Sequence record: LR756501.1
Reading direction: 5' to 3' (one strand)
Length of the DNA stretch: 64,000 bases
Position numbers and translations under genes: made by a program. Under the pieces are notes generated by a model. The model saw only the letters and a program-made list of their open reading frames with translations, did no database searches and had not been told where the DNA came from. Position 1 is the stretch's first letter. The number at the start of each line of letters is the position of its first letter. Below, piece after piece: positions 50,312 through 58,972 of this stretch.

Positions 50312-50830
50312 TTATATAGCCTGTCCGCCACCTTGTGCTGGAGGTATCTGAGCTGCTGTCTGTTGTGCTCCTTGTGCTGGAACTTGTGCTTGTCCGCCTT
50401 GTGGAACTTGTGCTTGTGGTTGTGCACCTGGTTGTCCTTGTGCCTGTGGTTGAGCAGGTAATTGAGCTTGAGCAGGTTGTGTTTCATCAAGATCTTCTGT
50501 TTGTGATTGTGGACCTTGTGCTTGTGCACCTTGAGCCTTTGCGTATTGATCACCCAAGATTAAGTTAACAGGAAGGTTTTCGATGCTAACATATGATGTG
50601 ATGATATAATCTGCAATTTCTTCTGATAATTCAACGTCAGAATAGAATTGGCTGATGTTTTTACCACTTTCGTCTTTTACTTTCTTTTTGAAAGCGTTAA
50701 CGAGAGACATAGGAATATCAATACGTTTTCTAACTCTATAAACGTCGTCGACAGCTTGAACGTTTTCAGTTAAAGGTGTGATATTTCTTTTACCTTGAAA
50801 TTCTCCAAATTCGTATAAATTCTTGTTCAT
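50312..50830 (-). CDS. hypothetical protein with Q/A/P/G low-complexity tail
   Basis: MNKNLYEFGEF; AQPQAQGQP repeats; late box at 50853. Confidence 0.75.
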   Translation of the reverse strand: MNKNLYEFGEFQGKRNITPLTENVQAVDDVYRVRKRIDIPMSLVNAFKKKVKDESGKNISQFYSDVELSEEIADYIITSYVSIENLPVNLILGDQYAKAQGAQAQGPQSQTEDLDETQPAQAQLPAQPQAQGQPGAQPQAQVPQGGQAQVPAQGAQQTAAQIPPAQGGGQAI

Positions 50831-50879
50831 AATTTTAACTTTATTTTTTATGTATATATTAATATTTTATTCTGTTTTT

Positions 50880-51179
50880 TTATCTTCTTGTGACCCTTTT
50901 ACTCACCTTTAAATAATATTTTGTTTCACCGTTCTTTTCCATTGATATAACATCCATTATCATATATCCTAGTGGGGAAATTAAATTTGTTATTCTATCC
51001 ATTACCAAATCTTCATCGTTATCATATTTATCCATATTTACTTTTATTTTATCTACTATATCTAAAATTTCCTTTTTATAATTTTTAGGAAAACACTTAG
51101 CAAATTTTTTAACAGATATAAATATGCCTAAAGGTACATTAATAGAAATCTCCTCAAATAATTTAATATATCCTTTCAT
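50880..51179 (-). CDS. hypothetical protein with CTS-like N-terminus
   Basis: MKGYIKLFEE; late box at 51185. Confidence 0.7.
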   Translation of the reverse strand: MKGYIKLFEEISINVPLGIFISVKKFAKCFPKNYKKEILDIVDKIKVNMDKYDNDEDLVMDRITNLISPLGYMIMDVISMEKNGETKYYLKVSKRVTRR

Positions 51180-51208
51180 GCTACTATATATTAAAGTTTA
51201 AAACTGGT

Positions 51209-52027
51209 TTATTTGCCCCATCGCCAGTTCCATATTGAATAATGTAATGAAACACCCATACTCCAACCAAATCTAGGATTTGCTAAGTTATAATCTGTGT
51301 TTAATCCAAATCCAATATATGGTCCAAATCCAAAATTAGGTCTTGGCTTAGGTGCTGGTGCTGGTTGTTTATTAATAATATAAGCTCCTTCTAATCCACT
51401 CACTTTTAGAACTGGAGATTTATTAATAATAAACACTTCATACTTTTCTTTCGACTCTCTCATACCGTATTGTAAATGTAGTGTGGTTAAATTAGTTGTG
51501 AATAGTGTAGTATCTGGTTTTAATATCCATTTCTTAGTAGTTTCATCTGGGTAAGCGTAGAATCTGCTTTGTCCTTCTATTTTCTGTGAAAAACTAGAAT
51601 CAGCGTAATTAAAACCAAAATCTAATCCGTATTTATTTGTTTGTTTATCAACTATTGTGAGTTTATTGCCTGCTGATATACCACCAAGATCTCCAGTTAC
51701 TTTAGCGTCGATATATGCGATAACGTCACCTTTTACTTTACTTATTTGATCGTAAAGTTTTTGGTTATACGCTTTTAAGTCTTTAAGCTCATTAACTACG
51801 TAGTTATCTTTGGATATTTCGTAGGCTTTTAATTTCTTATTGAATTCGATAGTTATACTATCTTTCATGGCACTCATATTTTGAGCGTCCTGTTTCTGTT
51901 GATATTCCCACGTGGCTCTTTCGTTTCTTAAAGTGCTACACGTTGTGAAGAATAATGTAAATCCTATAATACAGAGTACAAAAAGTGCAATAGGATAATA
52001 TTTTTTAATAATTTCCAGTGTAGTCAT
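51209..52027 (-). CDS. envelope protein: N-terminal TM helix, coiled coil, C-terminal amphipathic beta-hairpin (lysis/spanin-like candidate)
   Basis: IALFVLCIIGFTLFF; FGFGPYIGFGL...FGWSMGVSLHYSIWNW. Confidence 0.55.
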   Translation of the reverse strand: MTTLEIIKKYYPIALFVLCIIGFTLFFTTCSTLRNERATWEYQQKQDAQNMSAMKDSITIEFNKKLKAYEISKDNYVVNELKDLKAYNQKLYDQISKVKGDVIAYIDAKVTGDLGGISAGNKLTIVDKQTNKYGLDFGFNYADSSFSQKIEGQSRFYAYPDETTKKWILKPDTTLFTTNLTTLHLQYGMRESKEKYEVFIINKSPVLKVSGLEGAYIINKQPAPAPKPRPNFGFGPYIGFGLNTDYNLANPRFGWSMGVSLHYSIWNWRWGK

Positions 52028-52067
52028 AATTAATTTTTATTTTATATATTAAAAGGTTTTAGTCCTA

Positions 52068-54137
52068 TCAGAGATTACTCACGTTTTGTTGAGGAGCTTT
52101 TAACGGTAATTCGCCGTATTTTTTAGTTATCACTCTAGTATTTATGTAATTGGTTTTCACTGTTCTATTAGTTAATATTGAAGTCTTATTACACGCCAAA
52201 TTTCCAAATATACCTGTTACCCATACACCTCCCCAGAATACACCGTAGAAATTGCCTTCATGAAATGTTCCTCCGAAAAATCCTCCAAACCAAGGGCCAG
52301 TTGCACAATCAACGTAACCGTTATAGAAATTACCACCGTAAAAATCTCCATTGTACCAATTTATGTAAGTAGAAGCGGCAGGATGCCCAAATGTTCCGTT
52401 ATTAAAAGTTCCACCACTCCAATTTATAGATGGTTCTGCACTATTTATTAGTACACCAAGTGTTCCGCTATTCCATATACCAGTTTCCCAATCAACGTTA
52501 TGGAAATAAGAATTATTAACTGTTCCATTTTTAAAATTACCATTTAACCAGTTACTATTTGTAAATGTTCCGTACCTAAATGTGCCATCGTACCATAGAC
52601 TACTATCTATAAAATTTCCGTCGTTGAATGTTCCACCACTCCAAACACTATTACTGAATACTCCACCGTTAAAAGTTCCAGTTTTCCAACCTTTACTAGG
52701 ATTAGAATAATTTATTGTTTCACCTGATATACTAGCAGCGTTATTACCAGAATTAAATACACCCCCGTTAAATTTACCATTATTCCAATAAGAATTAGAT
52801 AATCTACCACCGTTAAATGTACCATTAGACCAATTTATATCTGTAAGAGTTCCATCGTAACAAGTACCATTAATCCAGTTAGTGTTCAATAAAGATCCAC
52901 CGTTACAAGCACCGTTGTACCAATTACATTGTTGCATATTTCCACCGTTAAAAGTTCCATTTGCCCATTCAGTATTTTTTATTAAACCACCACTAAATGT
53001 TCCACCACTCCAAATACTATTTTCCATTGTTCCGCCTTGAAACAATCCATTTCTCCAAGTAGATCCAGAGAAAATTCCGTCATTGAAAACTCCGTCTCTC
53101 CATTCTTTACCTATGAAACTTCCACCGTTCCAAATACCATTATACCAAATATCTTGTGTAAAAGTACCACCACTCCAAATACCATTAAACCAATAACAAT
53201 CTGCGTCAAGTGGAGTATTGTAAAAAATACCACCATTTATAGTGGAAGCTTTTATTTCAGAATTTGTGAATAATCCACCATTTATAGTACATTCTGTTAA
53301 AACACAATTATCGTAATAACCGTTATCTATTTGGCAATTATGTAGATGATTATAATAAATGTAATTATAACCGTAACTATTATTGTTATTAGTGTAATAA
53401 GATGAAACTGGTGTAGGATCTTGGTTTAATGTATCAGTGCCTTTATAAACATAAGGTTTGTAAACTGAAGCAGTTGTTCCAGTGTTTATTGATGAATTTG
53501 TTGTGATATATAAATTATCGTATTTATCTTTATATCTCATGAAGAAAGATACTCCACTAAATACAACAGCCTGAACTAAATTTATGTCTATCGCTACGTC
53601 AGCTCCTGTATTAAAATTAGCATTGATAATTTCAGCCCCGTCTATTTCACCACCAGTCAAAGTGATATTCCTTATGTATATTTCAGCAATATAATGATCA
53701 TATATCTTCTTATTAACAAATCTATCGTCGTAATACCTATCAATTGTTATCTCGTTATTATTATCATTTATTTCAATTACCGTATATCCTTGTAATTGAG
53801 GAAGATATATATAATTAGTACAACCAGAAAATTCCAGATAGTTATCTAGTATCACGCTATCAGTTGTGCCTGAAGTTGTACCTGAAGGGTTGAACATTAT
53901 AAATATTTTATCACCAACTCGTATATTTGAATTTATTTCTGTGTATAATTTTATCTTTCCACCGTTGTTAGTAATAACAGGTAATAATTTCACAGCATTT
54001 GGCGCTTGTGAATAATTGGTATTATTGAACACATTAATTTTTTCTTGTTGAGGTACTGTTTGTACTACGTCTTGAATTGGTTGTGTTCCTGATGTTGTTA
54101 CTACTAAATCTTGTGAAAAAATATCAGCCGTTGGCAT
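52068..54137 (-). CDS. putative structural beta-helix protein with W-x-N-G-x-F-N-G-G repeats
   Basis: About 15-aa periodic repeats in the C-terminal half; late box at 54158. Confidence 0.65.
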   Translation of the reverse strand: MPTADIFSQDLVVTTSGTQPIQDVVQTVPQQEKINVFNNTNYSQAPNAVKLLPVITNNGGKIKLYTEINSNIRVGDKIFIMFNPSGTTSGTTDSVILDNYLEFSGCTNYIYLPQLQGYTVIEINDNNNEITIDRYYDDRFVNKKIYDHYIAEIYIRNITLTGGEIDGAEIINANFNTGADVAIDINLVQAVVFSGVSFFMRYKDKYDNLYITTNSSINTGTTASVYKPYVYKGTDTLNQDPTPVSSYYTNNNNSYGYNYIYYNHLHNCQIDNGYYDNCVLTECTINGGLFTNSEIKASTINGGIFYNTPLDADCYWFNGIWSGGTFTQDIWYNGIWNGGSFIGKEWRDGVFNDGIFSGSTWRNGLFQGGTMENSIWSGGTFSGGLIKNTEWANGTFNGGNMQQCNWYNGACNGGSLLNTNWINGTCYDGTLTDINWSNGTFNGGRLSNSYWNNGKFNGGVFNSGNNAASISGETINYSNPSKGWKTGTFNGGVFSNSVWSGGTFNDGNFIDSSLWYDGTFRYGTFTNSNWLNGNFKNGTVNNSYFHNVDWETGIWNSGTLGVLINSAEPSINWSGGTFNNGTFGHPAASTYINWYNGDFYGGNFYNGYVDCATGPWFGGFFGGTFHEGNFYGVFWGGVWVTGIFGNLACNKTSILTNRTVKTNYINTRVITKKYGELPLKAPQQNVSNL

Positions 54138-54226
54138 TATAAGGTTTTATTTTACTCTATATATTAAATTTTGAAAACTAAATCACAAAAAAATAATATA
54201 ATTTAAAAATAAGTGAATAATGTAAC

Positions 54227-54595
54227 ATGAATGACGATGTAGAGAGTAAAAAGAAAGAACTAAAAGAAAGACTGGAAAGTGACTTATACGTTGATAGATA
54301 TAGCTCTTTTAGAGAGTCAGTTGAACTTATCAATAAAGCACTTGAGTCTTTTAAAATTAACTATCAGTACACTTATAACGAATTTTGTTCTGATTTTACA
54401 GATGAATGTTTGAAATACATTGACGAACATCCAAAAGTAGATATGACCGATCCACAACAAATGATGGTATATACTTTTCCAATAGTTATGTCGATAGTGG
54501 ATCGTGCAAAAAATAAATACGGAATCAAAGATGATAAACATAATAGCGAGATTATTGAACAACAGGTTCAAAAAGAAGATGGAGAAAAGCAATAA
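54227..54595 (+). CDS. hypothetical protein
   Basis: 122-aa ORF. Confidence 0.65.
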   Translation: MNDDVESKKKELKERLESDLYVDRYSSFRESVELINKALESFKINYQYTYNEFCSDFTDECLKYIDEHPKVDMTDPQQMMVYTFPIVMSIVDRAKNKYGIKDDKHNSEIIEQQVQKEDGEKQ

Positions 54596-54699
54596 ACCAT
54601 TAACAAAAAAGAAATTAGTACCTCTTGTTTATGGAGGTATTCCAAAACCACCAAGACCTAAAATTAGAACTGTCGGTGAGTAAAAAGTAATTAACGAAC

Positions 54700-55323
54700 A
54701 TGATTAATTTTATAGCAAACAAACTAAATAATAGATATAAAAGGCTTTTAGAAGAAGATATAGAAAGACAGATAGCTGAAGACGAAAGAAAGAAAGCCGA
54801 AGAAGAAAGATTAGCAAATATACCACTAAATATTCCAGATAATAAATGGTGGGTTAGTAGTAATCCTATTGAAGAGGATAAATGGTACGATGGTGTATTT
54901 TCAAGTGGCACTACAATACCAGATAGTAAATGGTCAAACGGTACTTGGTTAGGAGTATCTGGATCATCTGGTTACGGAGTATCAGGAAGTGCCGGTGTAT
55001 CAGGTAGTGCAGGCGTATCAGGAACTAGAGGACTTAGTGGATCATCTGGTTTTTCAGGGACTTCTAGTTATTCTAATCCAGGTATAAAATACGCTGAATA
55101 TTTAGCAGAACAAATAGATAAATCTATAAATTATCAAGAATATATAGCAGAACAACTTGATAAAAGTATTCAATATAGTGAATATGTAGCTGAGCATATT
55201 GATGTAACAAATTATACAAATTGGATGAACGGTTACGCTCAAGCACACGCTAAACCAAAAAAAGAAGTTAAAAGGGTTTATAGTCAAGAAGATCCTTACG
55301 GTGAAGAAGATTGGTCAGTATGA
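54700..55323 (+). CDS. mosaic protein: GxSGSS repeats, 14-aa YxEYxAExxDKSIx repeats, C-terminal DPYGEEDW
   Basis: Read directly from the translation. Confidence 0.75.
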   Translation: MINFIANKLNNRYKRLLEEDIERQIAEDERKKAEEERLANIPLNIPDNKWWVSSNPIEEDKWYDGVFSSGTTIPDSKWSNGTWLGVSGSSGYGVSGSAGVSGSAGVSGTRGLSGSSGFSGTSSYSNPGIKYAEYLAEQIDKSINYQEYIAEQLDKSIQYSEYVAEHIDVTNYTNWMNGYAQAHAKPKKEVKRVYSQEDPYGEEDWSV

Positions 55324-55640
55324 TGAAGATAAGACACGTTATTGAGAACGACATAGTTGAAGATATATCAGTTTATAAAAACATATATCAAGACTTCATA
55401 GATTTAATCAAAACGGAAATAGACGAGAATTACGTTCCTAGTTTTACTTTTAACGAATTTTGCGCTATGCTAATAGATAATTTCGAAGGAGTCGACGACG
55501 ATATAAACGACTACTCAGAAACTAAAGGTAATCCACTGACTAATAAGTTATTAAACTCACTTATGGTAATAACAATGAATGAGTTTAAAGATGACGAAGA
55601 AGCTACTGAAAAAATAGCTAAAATTATCAAAAATATGTAA
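55320..55640 (+). CDS. hypothetical protein
   Basis: ATGA-coupled ORF. Confidence 0.6.
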   Translation: MMKIRHVIENDIVEDISVYKNIYQDFIDLIKTEIDENYVPSFTFNEFCAMLIDNFEGVDDDINDYSETKGNPLTNKLLNSLMVITMNEFKDDEEATEKIAKIIKNM

Positions 55641-55817
55641 TAAATTGGGTGTTTCGGACCGCATTTTTTTAATATATAATGTGTATTAAATTTTCAAACT
55701 TTAACGAAAGTTTAGTATAGAATAAATGTGGTTCTGCAGAACACTAAAGGCTTTTTCAGGCATTAAATGGAGTAATGGGAGTTATGGCTTTCATTGATAA
55801 AAAAAATCGTATGCATT

Positions 55818-56849
55818 ATGGCAGAGTACAAAGACAAAGATGAAAATTGGATGTTTGATTCATCAAATGACGAACAAAACCAAGAGTTGGCTTTCTTAAA
55901 CAAGGAAACCAAAAACCAAGACGGTATTTATCGTCCAAACGTAAAAGACGCAGCAGACCCTAAGGGTGCTGGTTACAAAGCAACAATCAGATTTCTTAGA
56001 AACGTATTTTTAGATGGCTCGGGCACAGGTCCAGCAGCTATTACAAAGCACGTTCACTATGTTAAACCAGAAGGTTCTTTAGAGGACTATCCAGATTTAG
56101 CAGGATATTATGATTGTGAAAAGAATGTTTCTCAACAAACACCATGTCCGTTGTGCCAAACTTATTGGAAACTTTTTAAATCCAATAATCAGGCAGATGT
56201 TATCAAGTCTGGTTTAATCAAAAGGAGTACTAAATTTTATTCCTATATTATGGTTATCGAAGACGAACAACATCCCGAGTTGGTTGGTAAAATTTTAGTT
56301 TATCCTTACGGAGCTAAGATCAAAGGAAAAATCAATTCAGAAATTAACGGTGATGTTAGTGGAGAGAAATGTAATATTTTCGACTTCGTAACAGGAAAGG
56401 ATTTTAGACTTATTATTAAGATAGTTAAGACTCCAAATCCAAATGGTAGTGGCACAGTTGATATGCCAAACTACGACACCAGCACATTCTTACCATCTTC
56501 ACCTATCAAAATTTGGAACGAGAAAACAAGTAAATTTGTTACTCCTCCAACAACAGAAGATGAAAACGGTAAAATTATGCTCACAGACAAGAAATGGCAA
56601 GCTAAGATCAGAGAAATCATTTTAGCTCGTCCAGCCAATGTAAATCTTGACGACCATACACCTTCAAAGGACGGATGGGACGACGCTAAGAGATCAAATG
56701 TGGAGAAAATTGTTCAGGTTCTTAACGGAAACAGTGTTCAATATGCTGAATCGTCAGTAAAGAAATCTAGTGTGAAAACACCAGCGGCAGAAGTAATTGA
56801 AGAGGAATCTTTCGACGATCTCTTTGATTTCGAAGCAGATGATAAGTAA
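55818..56849 (+). CDS. single-stranded DNA-binding protein (T4 gp32-like)
   Basis: YKATIRFL, H...C...CPLC Zn site, YSYIMVIEDEQHPELVGKI, G.DFRL, NYD.S.F, acidic tail; start moved to ATG 55818. Confidence 0.85.
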   Translation: MAEYKDKDENWMFDSSNDEQNQELAFLNKETKNQDGIYRPNVKDAADPKGAGYKATIRFLRNVFLDGSGTGPAAITKHVHYVKPEGSLEDYPDLAGYYDCEKNVSQQTPCPLCQTYWKLFKSNNQADVIKSGLIKRSTKFYSYIMVIEDEQHPELVGKILVYPYGAKIKGKINSEINGDVSGEKCNIFDFVTGKDFRLIIKIVKTPNPNGSGTVDMPNYDTSTFLPSSPIKIWNEKTSKFVTPPTTEDENGKIMLTDKKWQAKIREIILARPANVNLDDHTPSKDGWDDAKRSNVEKIVQVLNGNSVQYAESSVKKSSVKTPAAEVIEEESFDDLFDFEADDK

Positions 56850-56869
56850 TCTAAATTTTCATTCTAAAA

Positions 56870-56902
56870 GAAAAGCCCTCAATTTTTTGAGGGCTTTTTT
56901 TT
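56870..56902 (+). terminator. rho-independent terminator
   Basis: AAAAGCCCTC-AATTTTTT-GAGGGCTTTT plus Ts. Confidence 0.8.
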
Positions 56903-56914
56903 ATATATAGTGTT

Positions 56915-57172
56915 ATGGAAAAATATATTAAAAAATTCGAACAGGTTAGTGATGAATCTAATAGAATAAAACTATTAGAGGAAGAGATAATTAAAAGAGA
57001 CGAATTGATTTACTCTATGATGAGGAATCTATCACATGGTTACATGAATTTCATGGCTGATAAAACCATAGATATAGATGAAATGCGTAGAAGATTCAAA
57101 ACGGAAGAAGTAGTGAATAGACCATTAGTGAGAGAAAGAATAGATCTCTTACATAAAGATATTATAGGATAA
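56915..57172 (+). CDS. hypothetical protein with CTS-like N-terminus
   Basis: MEKYIKKFEQ. Confidence 0.65.
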   Translation: MEKYIKKFEQVSDESNRIKLLEEEIIKRDELIYSMMRNLSHGYMNFMADKTIDIDEMRRRFKTEEVVNRPLVRERIDLLHKDIIG

Positions 57173-57714
57173 TGAAAGTATTTAAAGTTAACGAGTTATT
57201 CGAAATGAGTCAGACTTATGTTTACAAGCCTGTTTCTGAAAAGAGGAGTGGTTTCAAAAACATGACTACTTATGTTTATAATTTTGTTTCAGACGACGGC
57301 ACTGAATACCTAGTAGATATAGTATTATATTCAAAAACTGTTCTTAATATAAAAACAAATAAACTAAAAACTAAGGTTTTTGCGACCACTTGTTTTGCTA
57401 ATAAGGAAAACTATAACAGAGGTAAAAGATTTAAATGGAAATACAAATTAACTAATAAACATGACGCTATTAAAGTTTTAAATACTGTTATAAAGATTAT
57501 AAAAGATTTTTCAGATAGTCATAATATGGATGAATTTGGAATTAATACGTCAAAAGATAGGTTGGAAACATATAAATATATTTTCAATAAATATTTTAAA
57601 GGTTGGAAAGTTTTTGTTTCTATTGATGATTCGTATTATTTAGATACAAGATTTAATATAATCTGCACAAAAGAATCTAAAGAAGATAATCCAAATAATT
57701 TTATCGTTGCTTAA
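57172..57714 (+). CDS. hypothetical protein
   Basis: MKVFKVNELFE; TAATG coupling. Confidence 0.7.
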   Translation: MKVFKVNELFEMSQTYVYKPVSEKRSGFKNMTTYVYNFVSDDGTEYLVDIVLYSKTVLNIKTNKLKTKVFATTCFANKENYNRGKRFKWKYKLTNKHDAIKVLNTVIKIIKDFSDSHNMDEFGINTSKDRLETYKYIFNKYFKGWKVFVSIDDSYYLDTRFNIICTKESKEDNPNNFIVA

Positions 57715-57938
57715 AGATTATTAGAAACAATGAAGTCAGAAAAATCTTTTAGAGTAGTTAACTCGTAATCATTTATATTAAACCCACGTGTTGAATCCCC
57801 AGCGATATTACTTGATAAATTATCAAATAAAATTACACAAGAAGTCTCTTCATCGGAAGAAACATTAGTTAAAATTATAAATGTTTGATTTGTAATAGTT
57901 CCAGTTTTTGATTTTAAAATATCTCCTAATTTATACAT
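57711..57938 (-). CDS. hypothetical protein (SH3-like YKLGDIL start)
   Basis: ORF downstream of the methyltransferase. Confidence 0.55.
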   Translation of the reverse strand: MYKLGDILKSKTGTITNQTFIILTNVSSDEETSCVILFDNLSSNIAGDSTRGFNINDYELTTLKDFSDFIVSNNL

Positions 57939-57947
57939 TTTTTCTTT

Positions 57948-58802
57948 TTATTTTTTTAAAGGCATAGTAGGACCAGTTATAATAAACTCTCTTTCCGCCT
58001 TCTTTTCTATTTTCTTTTCACCTGTTTTTATTCCAATAAATGTTCCTCTACTACTTGTATGATAATAACCGTTAGTCATTGATTCATGCACATTATCACC
58101 AATATTATCAAATTGTTCAAATACTAAATCAAAACCAGATTCCTTTAAACTATGTAATATCCACTCCCTAGTTATCCAAAAAGATCTGATCCACCCTTGA
58201 CTGGTGTTCTTATTTTCCCAACCAGCGAAATTATGCAACTCTTTAGTTTCTAACGGTATATCTTCAGGGTATTCCCAAAACCATCTACCGTCTACACCGT
58301 TTTCATTGGTTATTTCTTTCAAATTCCAATTTATACTTTCTTCAAAATCAGGATCTAGTGGTCTTTCTGTAGCAAAATGTGTTTGTATTATTAACACTTT
58401 TTTTGTAATTTTAGAAATCATATTTATAAACTCTCTTGGTTTATCTAAATGATATAATAACCCACCACAATATACAGCGTCAAATTCTCCGTATTTTTGT
58501 GAATTCCAAACATCGTCTTTGTAAAATTCTACATTCTTTAATCCCGAATGCTTCTTATTTAAAAGACAGGCTTGATAATTCATATCTCGAACTTCTACTC
58601 CAACAGATTTAAACCCCATTTTTGCAAATTCGATAGCGTATCCTCCATCCAGACAGCCCAAGTCTAAAATGTTATAGTCTTGCTTATCTTTCGGGAAAAC
58701 GACGTCTAAAACTCTTTTAGTTGATTTAAACCAAGGCTTGTTGGCTGTAATCTTTTCATCTATCTTTACTTCAACCCCGTTCTCAATTAGTGCGTGTTTC
58801 AT
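57948..58802 (-). CDS. class I SAM-dependent methyltransferase
   Basis: ILDLGCLDGGY, GVEVR, FDAVYCGGLLYHL. Confidence 0.85.
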   Translation of the reverse strand: MKHALIENGVEVKIDEKITANKPWFKSTKRVLDVVFPKDKQDYNILDLGCLDGGYAIEFAKMGFKSVGVEVRDMNYQACLLNKKHSGLKNVEFYKDDVWNSQKYGEFDAVYCGGLLYHLDKPREFINMISKITKKVLIIQTHFATERPLDPDFEESINWNLKEITNENGVDGRWFWEYPEDIPLETKELHNFAGWENKNTSQGWIRSFWITREWILHSLKESGFDLVFEQFDNIGDNVHESMTNGYYHTSSRGTFIGIKTGEKKIEKKAEREFIITGPTMPLKK

Positions 58803-58804
58803 AT

Positions 58805-58972
58805 TTAATCTAATTTTTCTAATAACTTATATAAGAACACTTTAACTTTTTCTAAAGTTGTTAATTTTCTATGTTTTGCTAGTGTTTGGTAATATAATTT
58901 ACCTATATTTATTTTATAGACGTATCCTGTTGGATCGTCCATTACAGTAAGAACAGATGTAAAATCGATACA
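58805..58972 (-). mobile_element. split intein, N-terminal fragment (IntN)
   Basis: Cys1 immediately after the Walker A Lys; CIDFTSVLTV...KINIGKLY resembles the short IntN of atypically split TerL inteins. Confidence 0.85.

Noticed and set aside
46434-58804. A single mobile element inserted between the terL halves
   Set aside because: No integrase, transposase or endonuclease, no terminal repeats, and it contains the core SSB gene
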